The notes under the pieces: model-generated | Database searches by the model: none | Seen by the model: only the letters and a program-made list of their open reading frames with translations | Told to the model about the DNA's origin: nothing | Shown: positions 1-15,100 of the stretch, piece after piece | Layout: every line of letters starts with the position of its first letter | How positions within the stretch are numbered: the stretch's first letter is position 1 | From: Squalus acanthias | Taxonomy: Eukaryota | Direction of reading: 5' to 3' | NCBI GenBank assembly: GCA_030390025.1 | Contig: CM059438.1 | Span: forward strand, 54,686,001 to 54,750,000 | DNA length: 64,000 bases | Position numbers and translations under genes: made by a program

Positions 1-673
1 CCTGCGGTGACGTGCTTCCATGCACTGGCGCCTTCTGCCCTGTGCAGCATCAGGTGGGTGAGCAGGAGGTTGGGGCTCCTGCTGCTGTTGCTGCTGAGCT
101 GCCTGGTTCTGCTGCTGCCGTGGCTGCTGCTCATCCGAATCTGAGCTCCATGGTGAAAGGAAATAAATGGTTCCCATGCTGCTGGCAGATACCTCTGTTG
201 GGGAAGCGCTCAGTCGAAGCAGGTCCCACAGTTGAGAGATAGAAGCTGCAGCACCTCCGACTTCAGTAGGCCTGCTAAAAGTGCTGAAAGACCTGTGGAA
301 CAGAAGTTCTGCCACCTGCAACTGCTCCCTGATGAAAGCTCCGTTTTAATGGTGGAGCTGCAGCTGTGAGGAGGCCACCCACTTGTCAACCCGCCAGGAT
401 TAGCTGGTGTGGTTTAGGAGGGTCGTGGAACACGCTGAAAATGTAGTAAAATAACGAGGACCTGTCAAAATAGGATTATAGAGGTTCTTAACTACTATTT
501 AAGGGTCTTAACTACCTCTCTCGACTGATGGAGGTGGAACCGAATCGCACCCATCAAAACCGCCTCCGGCAAAATTGCACGGAGGCGGGTTCCGAACCCG
601 CCCTCAGTTTTTGCCATTTTGCCAACTGTCCTGCCTCCAAACCCGCCTCCTCGGGGCTGGGAAAATCACCCCC
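1..673 (-). mobile_element. Terminal fragment of a Harbinger-like DNA transposon (runs off window start) inserted in a CR1 endonuclease region
   Basis: Ends GAAAATCACCCCC followed by AAG, like the other Harbinger ends here (AATTTTTCCCCC|AAG at 34871). The (GCT)-rich stretch at 60-155 resembles the transposase 5' region at 48870-48925. CR1 coding sequence resumes directly after it (KVFRKDREG). Confidence 0.55.
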
Positions 674-3175
674 AAGGTGTTCAGGAAAGATAGAGAAGGA
701 AAGAAAGTATTGGGGTGGCAGTATTGGTTAAGGAGAATGTTACAGTGCTGGAGAGAGGATGTCCTGGAGGGGTCAAGCACAGAATCTATTTGGTTAGAGT
801 TAAGAAATAATAGAGGTGCCATTACACTACTAGATGTATTCTATAGGCCACCAACTAGTGGGGAAGGATATAGAGGAACAAATTTGCAGGGAAATTACAG
901 AAAGGTGCAAGAACTATAGAGCAGTGATAATGGGGGACTTCAACTATCCTAATATAGACTGGGATAGTAATAGTGTAATGGGCAAAGAGGGGGAAGAATT
1001 TCTGAAGTGTGTTCAGGAGAACTTTCTTGATCAGTATGTTTCCGGCCTAATGAGGAAGGAGGCATTGCTGGATCTGGTTCTGGGGAATGAGGTGGGTCAA
1101 GTGGAGCAAGTGTCAGTAGGGGAACATTTAGGGAGCAGTGATCATAGATTAGATTTACTATGGAAAAGGACAGGGAGCAATCTTGAGTTGAAATACTTAA
1201 TTGAAGGAAGGCCAATTTCAGTGGGTTGAGAACGGATCTGGCCCGGGTAAATTGGAATCAAAGCTTGGCAGGCAAAACTGTAATGGAACAATGGGCTGTC
1301 TTTAAAGAGGAGATGGTTCGGGTGCAGTTGAGGTACATTCCCACGAGGGGGCAAGGTAGGGCAACTAAAGTCAGCTCCCTGGATGACGAAAGAGGTAGAG
1401 AGTAAGATGAAGCCGATAAAGGGGGTGTATGATAAATGTCAGATTGAGAATACAAGTGAGAACCAGGCTAAATATAGAAAGTTCAGAGGGGAAGTGAAAA
1501 AGAAAATAAGAGCGGCAAAGAGAGAGTGTGAGAATAGGTTGGTAGCTAACATAAAAGGGAATCCAAAAGTCTTCTATAGGCATATAAATAGTAAACGGGT
1601 AGTAAGAGGAGGGATGGGGCCAATTAGAGACCAAAAAGGAGACCTACGCATGGAGGCAGTGGGTATACCTGAGGTACTAAATGAATACTTTTCCTTGGTA
1701 AACTCAGATGCAGAAGATGTTGCTAAAGTCATAGTGAAAGAGGAGGTAGTTGAGATACTGGATGGGATAAAAATTGATAAAGAGGAGTTGCTAGAAAGGC
1801 TGTCTGTACTTAAAGTAGATAAGTCACCAGGACCGGATGAGATACATCCTAGGATGCTGAAGGAAGTTCAGGTGGAAATTGTAGAGGTACTGGCCATAAT
1901 CTTCCAATCTTTCTTAGATACGGGGGTGGTGCCAGAGGACTGGAGAATTGCAAATGTTACACCCTTGTTCAAAGAAGGGTGTAAAGATAAACCCAGCAAC
2001 TACAGGCCAGTCAGTTTAACCTCGGTAGTGGGGAAGCTTTTAGAAATGATAATCAGGAACAAAATTAACTGTCACTTGGACAAGTGTGGATTAATTAAGG
2101 AAAGTCAGCACGGATTTGCTAAAGGCAAATCGTGTTTAATTAACTTGATTGAGTTTTTTGATAAGGAAACAGAAAGGGTTGATGAGGGCAATGCAGTTCA
2201 TGTGGTGTACATGGACTTCCAAAAGGTGTTTGATAAAGTGCCTCATAATAGGCTTGCCAGCAAAGTTGAAGCCCATGGACTAAAAGGGACAGTGGCCGCA
2301 TGGATACGGAATTGGCTAAGTGACAGGAAACAGAGAGTAGTGGTGAACGGTTGTTCTTCGGACTGGAGAAAGGTACACAGTGGTGTTTCCCAGGGGTCGG
2401 TACTAGGACCACTGCTTTTCTTGTTATATATTAATGACTTGGACTTGGGTGTACAGGGCACAATTTCAAAATTTGCAGATGACACAAAACTTGGGATGAT
2501 AGTGAACAGTGAGGAGGATAGTGATAGACTTCAAGAGGACATAGACAGGCTGGTGGAATGGGCGGACACATGGCAGATGAAATTTAATGCAGAAAAGTGC
2601 GAAGTGATACATTTTGGTAGGAAGAACGAGGAGAGGCAATATAAACTAAAGGGTACAACTCCAAAGGGGGTGCATGAACAAAGAGACCTGGGGGTATATG
2701 TGCACAAATCATTGAAGGTGGCAGGGCAGATTGAGAATGTGGTTAAAATATCATATGGGATCCTGGGCTTCATAAATAGAGGCATAGATTACAAAAGCAA
2801 GGAAATTATGATGAACCTTTATAAAACACTGGTCCGGCCTCAACTGGAGTATTGTGTCCAATTCTGGGCACCGCACTTTAGGAAGGATGTGAAGGCCTTA
2901 GAGAGGGTGCAGAAAAGATTTACAAGAATGGTTCCAGGGATGAGGGACTTCAATTACGTGGATAAACTGGAGAAGCTGGGGTTGTTCTCCTTGGAGCAGA
3001 GAAGATTGAGAGGAGATTTGATAGAGGTATTCAAAATCATGAGGGGTCTGGACAGAGTAGATAGAGAGAAACTGTTCCCATTGGCGGAAAGGTCGAGAAC
3101 CACTGGACACAGATTGGCAGAAGAACCAAAGGCGACATGAGGAAAAACTTTTTTACTCAGTGAGTGGTTATGATC
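674..3175 (+). mobile_element. CR1-clade LINE ORF2 (APE endonuclease plus RT), frameshifted; 3' end replaced by the satellite
   Basis: EN motifs FYRPP, MGDFNYPNIDW and LLDLVL lie in broken frames (575-1229). The RT is ORF 1383-3140. No 3' tail is present; the sequence runs straight into the satellite. Confidence 0.95.
1383..3140 (+). pseudogene. CR1 reverse transcriptase portion (585 aa)
   Basis: KSPGPDEIHP, NYRPVSLTS, YMDFQKVFD, QGSVLGPLLF, KFADDTKLG, LEYCVQFW; the upstream EN part is out of frame. Confidence 0.9.
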
Positions 3176-6100
3176 TGAAATTACCACCACTCACAGGACA
3201 GGACAATTTGTATATGAAGTTACAACCACTCACAGGACAGGACAATTTGCATATGAAATTACCACCACTCACAGGACAGGACAATTTGTATATGAAGTTA
3301 CAACCACTCACAGGACAGGACAGGACAGGACAATTTGCATATGAAGTTACCACCACTCACAGGACAGGACAGGACAGGACAGGACAATTTGCATTTGAAG
3401 TTACCACCACTCACAGGACAGGACAGGACAGGACAATTGGCATATGAAGTTACCACCACTCACAGGACAGGACAGGACAGGACAATTTGCAGATGAAGTT
3501 ACCGCCACTCACAGGACAGGACAGGACAGGACAGGACAATTTGCATATGAAGTTACCACCACTCACAGGACAGGACAGGAAAGGACAATTTGCATATCAA
3601 GTTACCACCACTCACAGGACAGGACAGGACAGGACAATTTGCAGATGAAGTTACGGCCACTCACAGGACAGGACAGGACAATTTGCATATGAAGTTACCA
3701 CCACTCACAGGACAGGACAGGAAAGGACAATTTGCATATGAAGTTACCACCACTCACAGGAAAGGACAGGACAATTTGCATATGAAGTTACCACCACTCA
3801 CAGGACAGGACAGGACAGGACAATTTGCATATGAAGTTACCACCACTCACAGGACATGACAGGACAATTTGCATATGAAGTTACCACCACTCACAGGACA
3901 GGACAGGACAGGACAATTTGCATATGAAGTTACCACCACTCACAGGACATGACAGGACAATTTGCATATGAAGTTACCACCACTCACAGGACAGGACAGG
4001 ACAGGACAATTTGCATATGAAGTTACCACCACTCACAGGACAGGACAGGACAGGACAATTTGCATATGAAGTTACCACCACTCACAGGACAGGACAGGAA
4101 AGGACAATTTGCATATCAAGTTACCACCACTCACAGGACAGGACAGGACAGGACAATTTGCAGATGAAGTTACGGCCACTCACAGGACAGGACAGGACAA
4201 TTTGCATATGAAGTTACCACCACTCACAGGACAGGACAGGAAAGGACAATTTGCATATGAAGTTACCACCACTCACAGGAAAGGACAGGACAATTTGCAT
4301 ATGAAGTTACCACCACTCACAGGACAGGACAGGACAGGACAATTTGCATATGAAGTTACCACCACTCACAGGACATGACAGGACAATTTGCATATGAAGT
4401 TACCACCACTCACAGGACAGGACAGGACAGGACAATTTGCATATGAAGTTACCACCACTCACAGGACAGGTCAGGACAGGATAATTTGCATAGGAAGTTA
4501 CCACCACTCACAGGACAGGACAGGACAGGACAATTTGCATATGAAGTTACCACCACTCACAGGACAGGACAGGACAATTTGCATATGAAGTTACCACCAC
4601 TCACAGGACAGGACAGGACAGGACAATTTGCATATGAAGTTACCACCACTCACAGGACAGGACAGGACAATTTGCATATGAAGTTACCACCACTCACAGG
4701 ACAGGACAGGACAGGATAATTTGCATATGAAGTTACCACCACTCACAGGACAGGACAGGACAGGACAATTTGCATATGAAGTTACCACCACTCACAGGAC
4801 AGGACAGGACAATTTGCATATGAAGTTACCACCACTCACAGGACAGGAGAGGACAGGACAATTTGCATATGAAGTTACCACCACTCACAGGACAGGAGAG
4901 GACAGGACAATTTGCATATGAAGTTACCATCACTCACAGGACAGGACAGGACAGGACAATTTGCAGAGGAAGTTAGCACCACTCACAGGACAGGACAGGA
5001 CAATTTGCATATGAAGTTACGACCACTCACAGGACAGGACAGGACAATTTGCATATGAAGTTACCACCACGCACAGGACAGAACAGGACTGGACAATTTG
5101 CATATGAAGTTACCACCACTCACAGGACAGGACAATTTGCATATGAAGTTACCACCACTCACAGGACAGGACAGGACAGGACAATTTGCATATGAAGTTA
5201 CCACCACGCACAGGACAGAACAGGACAATTTGCATATGAAGTTCCCACCACTCAAAGGACAGGACAGGACAGGATAATTTGCATTTGAAGTTGCCACCAC
5301 TCACAGGACAGGACAGGACAGGACAATTTGCATATGAAGTTACCACCACTCAAAGGAGAGGACAGGACAATTTGCATATGAAGTTACCACCACTCACAGG
5401 ACAGGACAGGACAGGACAATTTGTATATGAAGTTACCACCACTCAACGGACAGGACAGGACAGGACAGGACAATTTGCATATGAAGTTACCACCACTCAA
5501 CGGACAGAACAGGACAATTTGCATATGAAGTTACCACCACTCACAGGACAGGACAGGACCGGACAATTTGCATATGAAGTTACCACCACTCACAGGACAG
5601 GACAGGACAGGACAATTTGCATATGAAGTTACCACCACTCACAGGACAGGAGAGGACAATTTGCATATGAAGTTCTCACCACTCACAGGACAGGACAGGA
5701 CAGGACAATTTGCATATGAAGTTACCACCGCTCACAGGACAGGATAATTTGCATATGAAGTTACCACCACTCAAAGGAGAGGACAGGATAATTTGCATAT
5801 GAAGTTACCACCACTCAAAGGACAGGTCAGGACAGGATAATTTGCATTTGAAGTTGCCACCGCTCACAGGACAGGATAATTTGCATATGAAGTTACCACC
5901 ACTCACAGGACAGGACAGGACAGGACAATTTGCATATGAAGTTACCACCGCTCACAGGACAGGATAATTTGCATATGAAGTTACCACCACTCACAGGACA
6001 GGACAGGACAATTTGCAGAGGAAGTTAGCACCACTCACAGGACAGGACAGGACAGGACAATTTGCATATGAAGTTACCACCACTCACAGGACAGGACAGG

Positions 6101-9100
6101 ACAGGACAATTTGCATATGAAGTTACCACCACTCAAAGGACAGGACAGGACAGGACAATTTGCATATGAAGTTACCACCACTCAAAGGACAGGACAGGAC
6201 AGGACAATTTGCATATGAAGTTACCACCACTCAAAGGACAGGACAGGACTGGACAAGTTGCATATTAAGTTATCACCACTCACAGGACAGGACAGGAGAG
6301 GACAATTTGCATATGAAGTTACCATCACTCACAGGACAGGACAGGACAGGACAATTTGCAGAGGAAGTTAGCACCACTCACAGGACAGGACAGGACAATT
6401 TGCATATGAAGTTACCACCACTCACAGGACAGGACAGGACAATTTGCATATGAAGTTACCATCACTCACAGGACAGGACAGGACAGGACAATTTGCATAT
6501 GAGGTTACCACCACTCACAGGACAGGACAGGACAGGATAATTTGCATATGAAGTTACCACCACTCAAAGGACAGGACAGGACAATTTGCATATGAAGTTA
6601 CCACCACTCAAAGGACAGGACAGGACTGGACAATTTGCATATGAAGTTACCACCACTCAAAGGACAGGACAGGACAGGACAATTTGCATATGAAGTTACC
6701 ACCACTCACAGGACAGGAGAGGACAGGACAATTTGCATATGAAGTTACCACCACTCACAGGACAGGAGAGGACAGGACAATTTGCATATGAAGTTACCAT
6801 CACTCACAGGACAGGACAGGACAGGACAATTTGCAGAGGAAGTTAGCACCACTCACAGGACAGGACAGGACAATTTGCATATGAAGTTACCACCACTCAC
6901 AGGACAGGACAGGACAATTTGCATATGAAGTTACCACCACGCACAGGACAGAACAGGACTGGACAATTTGCATATGAAGTTACCACCACTCACAGGACAG
7001 GACAATTTGCATATGAAGTTACCACCACTCACAGGACAGGACAGGACAGGACAATTTGCATATGAAGTTACCACCACGCACAGGACAGAACAGGACAATT
7101 TGCATATGAAGTTCCCACCACTCAAAGGACAGGACAGGACAGGATAATTTGCATTTGAAGTTGCCACCACTCACAGGACAGGACAGGACAGGACAATTTG
7201 CATATGAAGTTACCACCACTCAAAGGAGAGGACAGGACAATTTGCATATGAAGTTACCACCACTCACAGGACAGGACAGGACAGGACAATTTGTATATGA
7301 AGTTACCACCACTCAACGGACAGGACAGGACAGGACAATTTGCATATGAAGTTACCACCACTCAAAGGAGAGGACAGGACAATTTGCATATGAAGTTACC
7401 ACCACTCACAGGACAGGACAGGACAGGACAATTTGTATATGAAGTTGCCACCACTCACAGGACAGGACAGGACAGGACAATTTGCATATGAAGTTACCAC
7501 CACTCAAAGGAGAGGACAGGACAATTTGCATATGAAGTTACCACCACTCACAGGACAGGACAGGACAGGACAATTTGTATATGAAGTTACCACCACTCAA
7601 CGGACAGGACAGGACAGGACCGGACAATTTGCATATGAAGTTACCACCACTCACAGGACAGGACAGGACAGGACAATTTGCATATGAAGTTACCACCACT
7701 CACAGGACAGGAGAGGACAATTTGCATATGAAGTTCTCACCACTCACAGGACAGGACAGGACAGGACAATTTGCATATGAAGTTACCACCACTCACAGGA
7801 CAGGAGAGGACAGGACAATTTGCATATGAAGTTACCACCACTCACAGGACAGAACAGGACAATTTGCATATGAAGTTACCACCACTCACAGGACAGGACA
7901 GGACCGGACAATTTGCATATGAAGTTACCACCACGCACAGGACAGAACAGGACAATTTGCATATGAAGTTCTCACCACTCACAGGACAGGAGAGGACAGG
8001 ACAATTTGCATATGAAGTTACCACCACTCAAAGGACAGGGCAGGACAATTTGCATATGAAGTTACCACCACTCACAGGACAGGACAGGACCGGACAATTT
8101 GCATATGAAGTTACCACCACTCAAATAACAGGGCAGGACAATTTGCATATGAAGTTACCACCACTCACAGGACAGGATAATTTGCATATGAAGTTACCAC
8201 CACTCAACGGACAGGACAGGACAGGACAATTTGCATATGAAGTTACCACCACTCACAGGACAGGACAATTTGCATATGAAGTTACCACCACTCACAGGAC
8301 AGGACAGGACAGGACAAGTTGCATATTAAGTTACCACCACTCAAAGGACAGGATAATTTGCATATGAAGTTACTACCACTCAAAGAAGAGGACAGGACAA
8401 TTTGCATATGAAGTTACCACCACTCAAAGGACAGGACAGGACAGGATAATTTGCATTTGAAGTTACCACCACTCACAGGACAGGACAGCACCGGACAATT
8501 TGCATATGAAGTTACCACCACTCAAAGGACAGGACAGGACAGGGCAGGACAATTTGCATATGAAGTTACCACCACTCACAGGACAGGAGAATTTGCATAT
8601 AAAGTTACCACCACTCACAGGACAGGACAGGACAGGAGAATTTGCATTTGAAGTTACCACCACTCACAGGACAGGACAGGACAGGACAATTTGCATATGA
8701 AGTTACCACCACTCACAGGACAGGACAGGACAGGACAATTTGCATATGAAGTTACCACCACTCACAGGACAGGACACGACAGGACAGGACAATTTGCATA
8801 TGAAGTTACCACCACGCACAGGACATAACAGGACAATTTGCTTATGAAGTTCCCACCACTCACAGGACAGGACAGGACAGGACAATTTGCATATGAAGTT
8901 ACCACCACTCACAGGACAGGACAGGACAGGACAATTTGCATATGAAGTTACCACCACTCACAGGACAGGACACGACAGGACAGGACAATTTGCATATGAA
9001 GTTACCACCACGCACAGGACATAACAGGACAATTTGCTTATGAAGTTCCCACCACTCACAGGACAGGACAGGACAATTTGCATATGAAGTTACCACCACT

Positions 9101-12100
9101 CACAGGACAGGAGAATTTGCATATGAAGTTACCACCACTCAAAGGACAGGACAGGACAATTTGCATATGAAGTTACCACCACTCAAAGGACAGGACAGGA
9201 CAGGACAATTTGAATATGAAGTTACCACCACTCACAGGACAGGACAGGACAAAACAATTTGCATATGAAGTTACCAATACTCACAGGACAGGACAGGACA
9301 GGACAATTTGCATATGAAGTTACCACCACGCACAGGACAGAACAGGACAATTTGCATATGAAGTTCCCACCACTCACAGGACAGGACAGGACAGGACAAT
9401 TTGCATATGAAGTTACCACCACGCACAGGACAGAACAGGACAATTTGCATATGAAGTTCCCACCACTCACAGGACAGGACAGGACAGGACAATTTGCATA
9501 TGAAGTTACCACCACTCACAGGACAGGACAGGACAGGACAATTTGAATATGAAGTTACCATCATTCAAAGGACAGGACAGGACAGGACAATTTGCATATG
9601 AAGTTACCACCACTCACAGGACAGGACAGGACAATTTGCATATGAAGTTACCACCACTCACAGGACAGGACAGGACAGGACAATTTGCATATGAAGTTAC
9701 CACCACTCACAGGACAGGACACGACAGGACAGGACAATTTGCATATGAAGTTACCACCACGCACAGGACAGAACAGGACAATTTGCATATGAAGTTACCA
9801 CCACTCACAGGACAGGACAATTTGCATATGAAGTTACCACCACTCACAGGACAGGACAGGACAATTTGCACATGAAGTTACCACCACTCACAGGACAGGA
9901 GAATTTGCATATGAAGTTACCACCACTCACAGGACAGGACAGGACAGGACAAGTTGCATATTAAGTTACCACCACTCAAAGGACATGACAGGACAATTTG
10001 CATATGAAGTTACCACCACTCACAGGACAGGACAGGACAGGACAATTTGCATATGAAGTTACCACCACTCAAAGGACAGGACAGGACAGGACAATTTGAA
10101 TATGAAGTTACCACCACTCACAGGACAGGACAGGACAAAACAATTTGCATATGAAGTTACCAATACTCACAGGACAGGACAGGACAGGACAATTTGCATA
10201 TGAAGTTCCCACCACTCACAGGACAGAACAGGACAATTTGCATATGAAGTTCCCACCACTCACAGGACAGGACAGGACAGGACAATTTGCATATGAAGTT
10301 ACCACCACGCACAGGACAGAACAGGACAATTTGCATATGAAGTTCCCACCACTCACAGGACAGGACAGGACAGGACAATTTGCATATGAAGTTACCACCA
10401 CTCACAGGACAGGACAGGACAGGACAATTTGAATATGAAGTTACCACCACTCACAGGACTGGACAGGACAAAACAATTTGCATATGAAGTTACCACCACT
10501 CACAGGACAGGACAGGACAGGACAGGATAATTTGCATATGAAGTTACCACCACTCACAGGACAGGACAGGACAGGACAATTTGCATATGAAGTTACCACC
10601 ACTCACAGGACAGGACAGGACAGGACAATTTGCATATGAAGTTACCACCACTCACAGGACAGGACAGGACAGGACAGGACAATTTGCAGAGGAAGTTACC
10701 ACCACTCACAGGACAGGACAGGACAGGACAGGACAATTTGCAGAGGAAGTTAGCACCACTCACAGGACAGGACAGGACAGGACAATTTGCATATGAAGTT
10801 ACCACCACTCACAGGACAGGACAGGACAGGACAGGACAGGATAATTTGCATATGAAGTTACCACCACTCAAAGGACAGGACAGGACAGGACAGGACAATT
10901 TGCATATGAAGTTACCACCACTCAAAGGACAGGACAGGACAGGACAATTTGCATATGAAGTTACGGACAGGACAATTTGCATATGAAGTTACCACCACTC
11001 ACAGGACAGGACAGGACAGGACAATTTGCATATGAAGTTACCACCACTCACAGGACAGGATAATTTGCATATGAAGTTACCATCATTCAAAGGACAGGAC
11101 AGGACAGGACAATTTGCATATGAAGTTACGACCACTCACAGGACAGGACAGGACAGGACAATTGGCATCTGAAGTTACCACCACTCACAGGACAGGACAG
11201 GACAGGACAGGACAATTTGCATATGAAGTTACCACCACTCACAGGACAGGACAGGACAGGACAATTTGCATATGAAGTTACCACCACTCACAGGACAGGA
11301 CAGGACAGGACAATTTGCATATGAAGTTACCACCACTCAAAGGACAGGACAGGACAGGACAGGACAATTTGCATATGAAGTTACCACCACTCACAGGACA
11401 GGACAGGACAGGACAATTTGCAGAGGAAGTTAGCACCACTCACAGGACAGGACAGGACAGGACAATTTGCATATGAAGTTACCACCACTCACAGGACAGG
11501 ACAGAACAGGACAGGATAATTTGCATATGAAGTTACCACCACTCACAGGACAGGACAGGACAGGACAATTTGAATATGAAGTTACCACCACTCACAGGAC
11601 TGGACAGGACAAAACAATTTGCATATGAAGTTACCACCACTCACAGGACAGGACAGGACAGGATAATTTGCATATGAAGTTACCATCATTCAAAGGACAG
11701 GACAGGACAGGACAATTTGCATATGAAGTTACCACCACTCACAGGACAGGACAGGACAGGACAATTTGCATATGAAGTTACCACCACTCACAGGACAGGA
11801 CAGGACAGGACAATTTGCATATGAAGTTACCACCACTCACAGGACAGGACACGACAGGACAGGACAATTTGCATATGAAGTTACCACCACTCACAGGACA
11901 GGACAGGACAGGACAATTTGCATATGAAGTTACCACCACTCACAGGACAGGACAATTTGCATATGAAGTTACCACCACTCACAGGACAGGACAGGACAAT
12001 TTGCATATGAAGTTACCACCACTCACAGGACAGGACAATTTGCATATGAAGTTACCACCACTCACAGGACAGGACAGGACAATTTGCATATGAAGTTACC

Positions 12101-15100
12101 ACCACTCACAGGACAGGAGAATTTGCATATGAAGTTACCACCACTCACAGGACAGGACAGGACAGGACAAGTTGCATATTAAGTTACCACCACTCAAAGG
12201 ACATGACAGGACAATTTGCATATGAAGTTACCACCACTCAAAGGACAGGACAGGACAGGACAATTTGCATATGAAGTTACCACCACTCACAGGACAGGAC
12301 AATTTGCATATGAAGTTACCACCACTCAAAGGACAGGACAGGACAGGACAATTTGCATATGAAGTTACCACCACGCACAGGACAGAACAGGACAATTTGC
12401 ATATGAAGTTCCCACCACTCACAGGACAGGACAGGACAGGACAATTTGCATATGAAGTTACCACCACGCACAGGACAGAACAGGACAATTTGCATATGAA
12501 GTTCCCACCACTCACAGGACAGGACAGGACAGGACAATTTGCATATGAAGTTACCACCACTCACAGGACAGGACAGGACAGGACAATTTGAATATGAAGT
12601 TACCACCACTCACAGGACTGGACAGGACAAAACAATTTGCATATGAAGTTACCACCACTCACAGGACAGGACAGGACAGGATAATTTGCATATGAAGTTA
12701 CCATCATTCAAAGGACAGGACAGGACAGGACAATTTGCATATGAAGTTACCACCACTCACAGGACAGGACAGGACAGGACAATTTGCATATGAAGTTACC
12801 ACCACTCACAGGACAGGACAGGACAGGACAGGACAATTTGCAGAGGAAGTTAGCACCACTCACAGGACAGGACAGGACAGGACAATTTGCATATGAAGTT
12901 ACCACCACTCAAAGGACAGGACAGGACAGGACAGGACAATTTGCATATGAAGTTACCACCACTCAAAGGACAGGACAGGACTGGACAATTTGCATATGAA
13001 GTTACGGACAGGACAATTTGCATATGAAGTTACCACCACTCACAGGACAGGATAATTTGCATATGAAGTTACCATCATTCAAAGGACAGGACAGGACAGG
13101 ACAATTGGCATCTGAAGTTACCACCACTCACAGGACAGGACAGGACAGGACAGGACAATTTGCATATGAAGTTACCACCACTCACAGGACAGGACAGGAC
13201 AGGACAATTTGCATATGAAGTTACCACCACTCACAGGACAGAACAGGACAGGACAATTTGCATATGAAGTTACCACCACTCACAGGACAGGACAGGACAG
13301 GACAGGATAATTTGCATATGAAGTTACCACCACTCAAAGGACAGGACAGGACAGGACAGGACAATTTGCATATGAAGTTACCACCACTCACAGGACAGGA
13401 CAGGACAGGACAATTTGCAGAGGAAGTTACCACCACTCACAGGACAGGACAGGACAGGACAATTTGCATATGAAGTTACCACCACTCACAGGACAGGACA
13501 GGACAGGACAGGACAATTGGCATCTGAAGTTACCACCACTCACAGGACAGGACAGGACAGGACAGGACAATTTGCATATGAAGTTACCACCACTCACAGG
13601 ACAGGACAGGACAGGACAATTTGCATATGAAGTTACCACCACTCACAGGACAGGACAGGACAGGACAATTTGCATATGAAGTTACCACCACTCACAGGAC
13701 AGGACAGGACAGGACAGGATAATTTGCATATGAAGTTACCACCACTCAAAGGACAGGACAGGACAGGACAGGACAATTTGCATATGAAGTTACCACCACT
13801 CACAGGACAGGACAGGACAGGACAATTGGCATCTGAAGTTACCACCACTCACAGGACAGGACAGGACAGGACAATTTGCATATGAAGTTACCACCACTCA
13901 CAGGACAGGACAGAACAGGACAGGATAATTTGCATATGAAGTTACCACCACTCAAAGGACAGGACAGGACAGGACAGGACAATTTGCATATGAAGTTACC
14001 ACCACTCACAGGACTGGACAGGACAAAACAATTTGCATATGAAGTTACCACCACTCACAGGACAGGACAGGACAGGACAGGATAATTTGCATATGAAGTT
14101 ACCACCACTCACAGGACAGGACAGGACAGGACAATTTGCATATGAAGTTACCACCACTCACAGGACAGGACAGGACAGGACAATTTGCATATGAAGTTAC
14201 CACCACTCACAGGACAGGACAGGACAGGACAGGACAATTTGCAGAGGAAGTTACCACCACTCACAGGACAGGACAGGACAGGACAGGACAATTTGCAGAG
14301 GAAGTTAGCACCACTCACAGGACAGGACAGGACAGGACAATTTGCATATGAAGTTACCACCACTCACAGGACAGGACAGGACAGGACAGGATAATTTGCA
14401 TATGAAGTTACCACCACTCAAAGGACAGGACAGGACAGGACAGGACAATTTGCATATGAAGTTACCACCACTCAAAGGACAGGACAGGACAGGACAATTT
14501 GCATATGAAGTTACGGACAGGACAATTTGCATATGAAGTTACCACCACTCACAGGACAGGACAGGACAGGACAATTTGCATATGAAGTTACCACCACTCA
14601 CAGGACAGGATAATTTGCATATGAAGTTACCATCATTCAAAGGACAGGACAGGACAGGACAATTTGCATATGAAGTTACCACCACTCACAGGACAGGACA
14701 GGACAGGACAATTGGCATCTGAAGTTACCACCACTCACAGGACAGGACAGGACAGGACAGGACAATTTGCATATGAAGTTACCACCACTCACAGGACAGG
14801 ACAGGACAGGACAATTTGCATATGAAGTTACCACCACTCACAGGACAGGACAGGACAGGACAATTTGCATATGAAGTTACCACCACTCAAAGGACAGGAC
14901 AGGACAGGACAGGACAATTTGCATATGAAGTTACCACCACTCACAGGACAGGACTGGACAGGACAATTTGCAGAGGAAGTTAGCACCACTCACAGGACAG
15001 GACAGGACAGGACAATTTGCATATGAAGTTACCACCACTCACAGGACAGGACAGAACAGGACAGGATAATTTGCATATGAAGTTACCACCACTCACAGGA

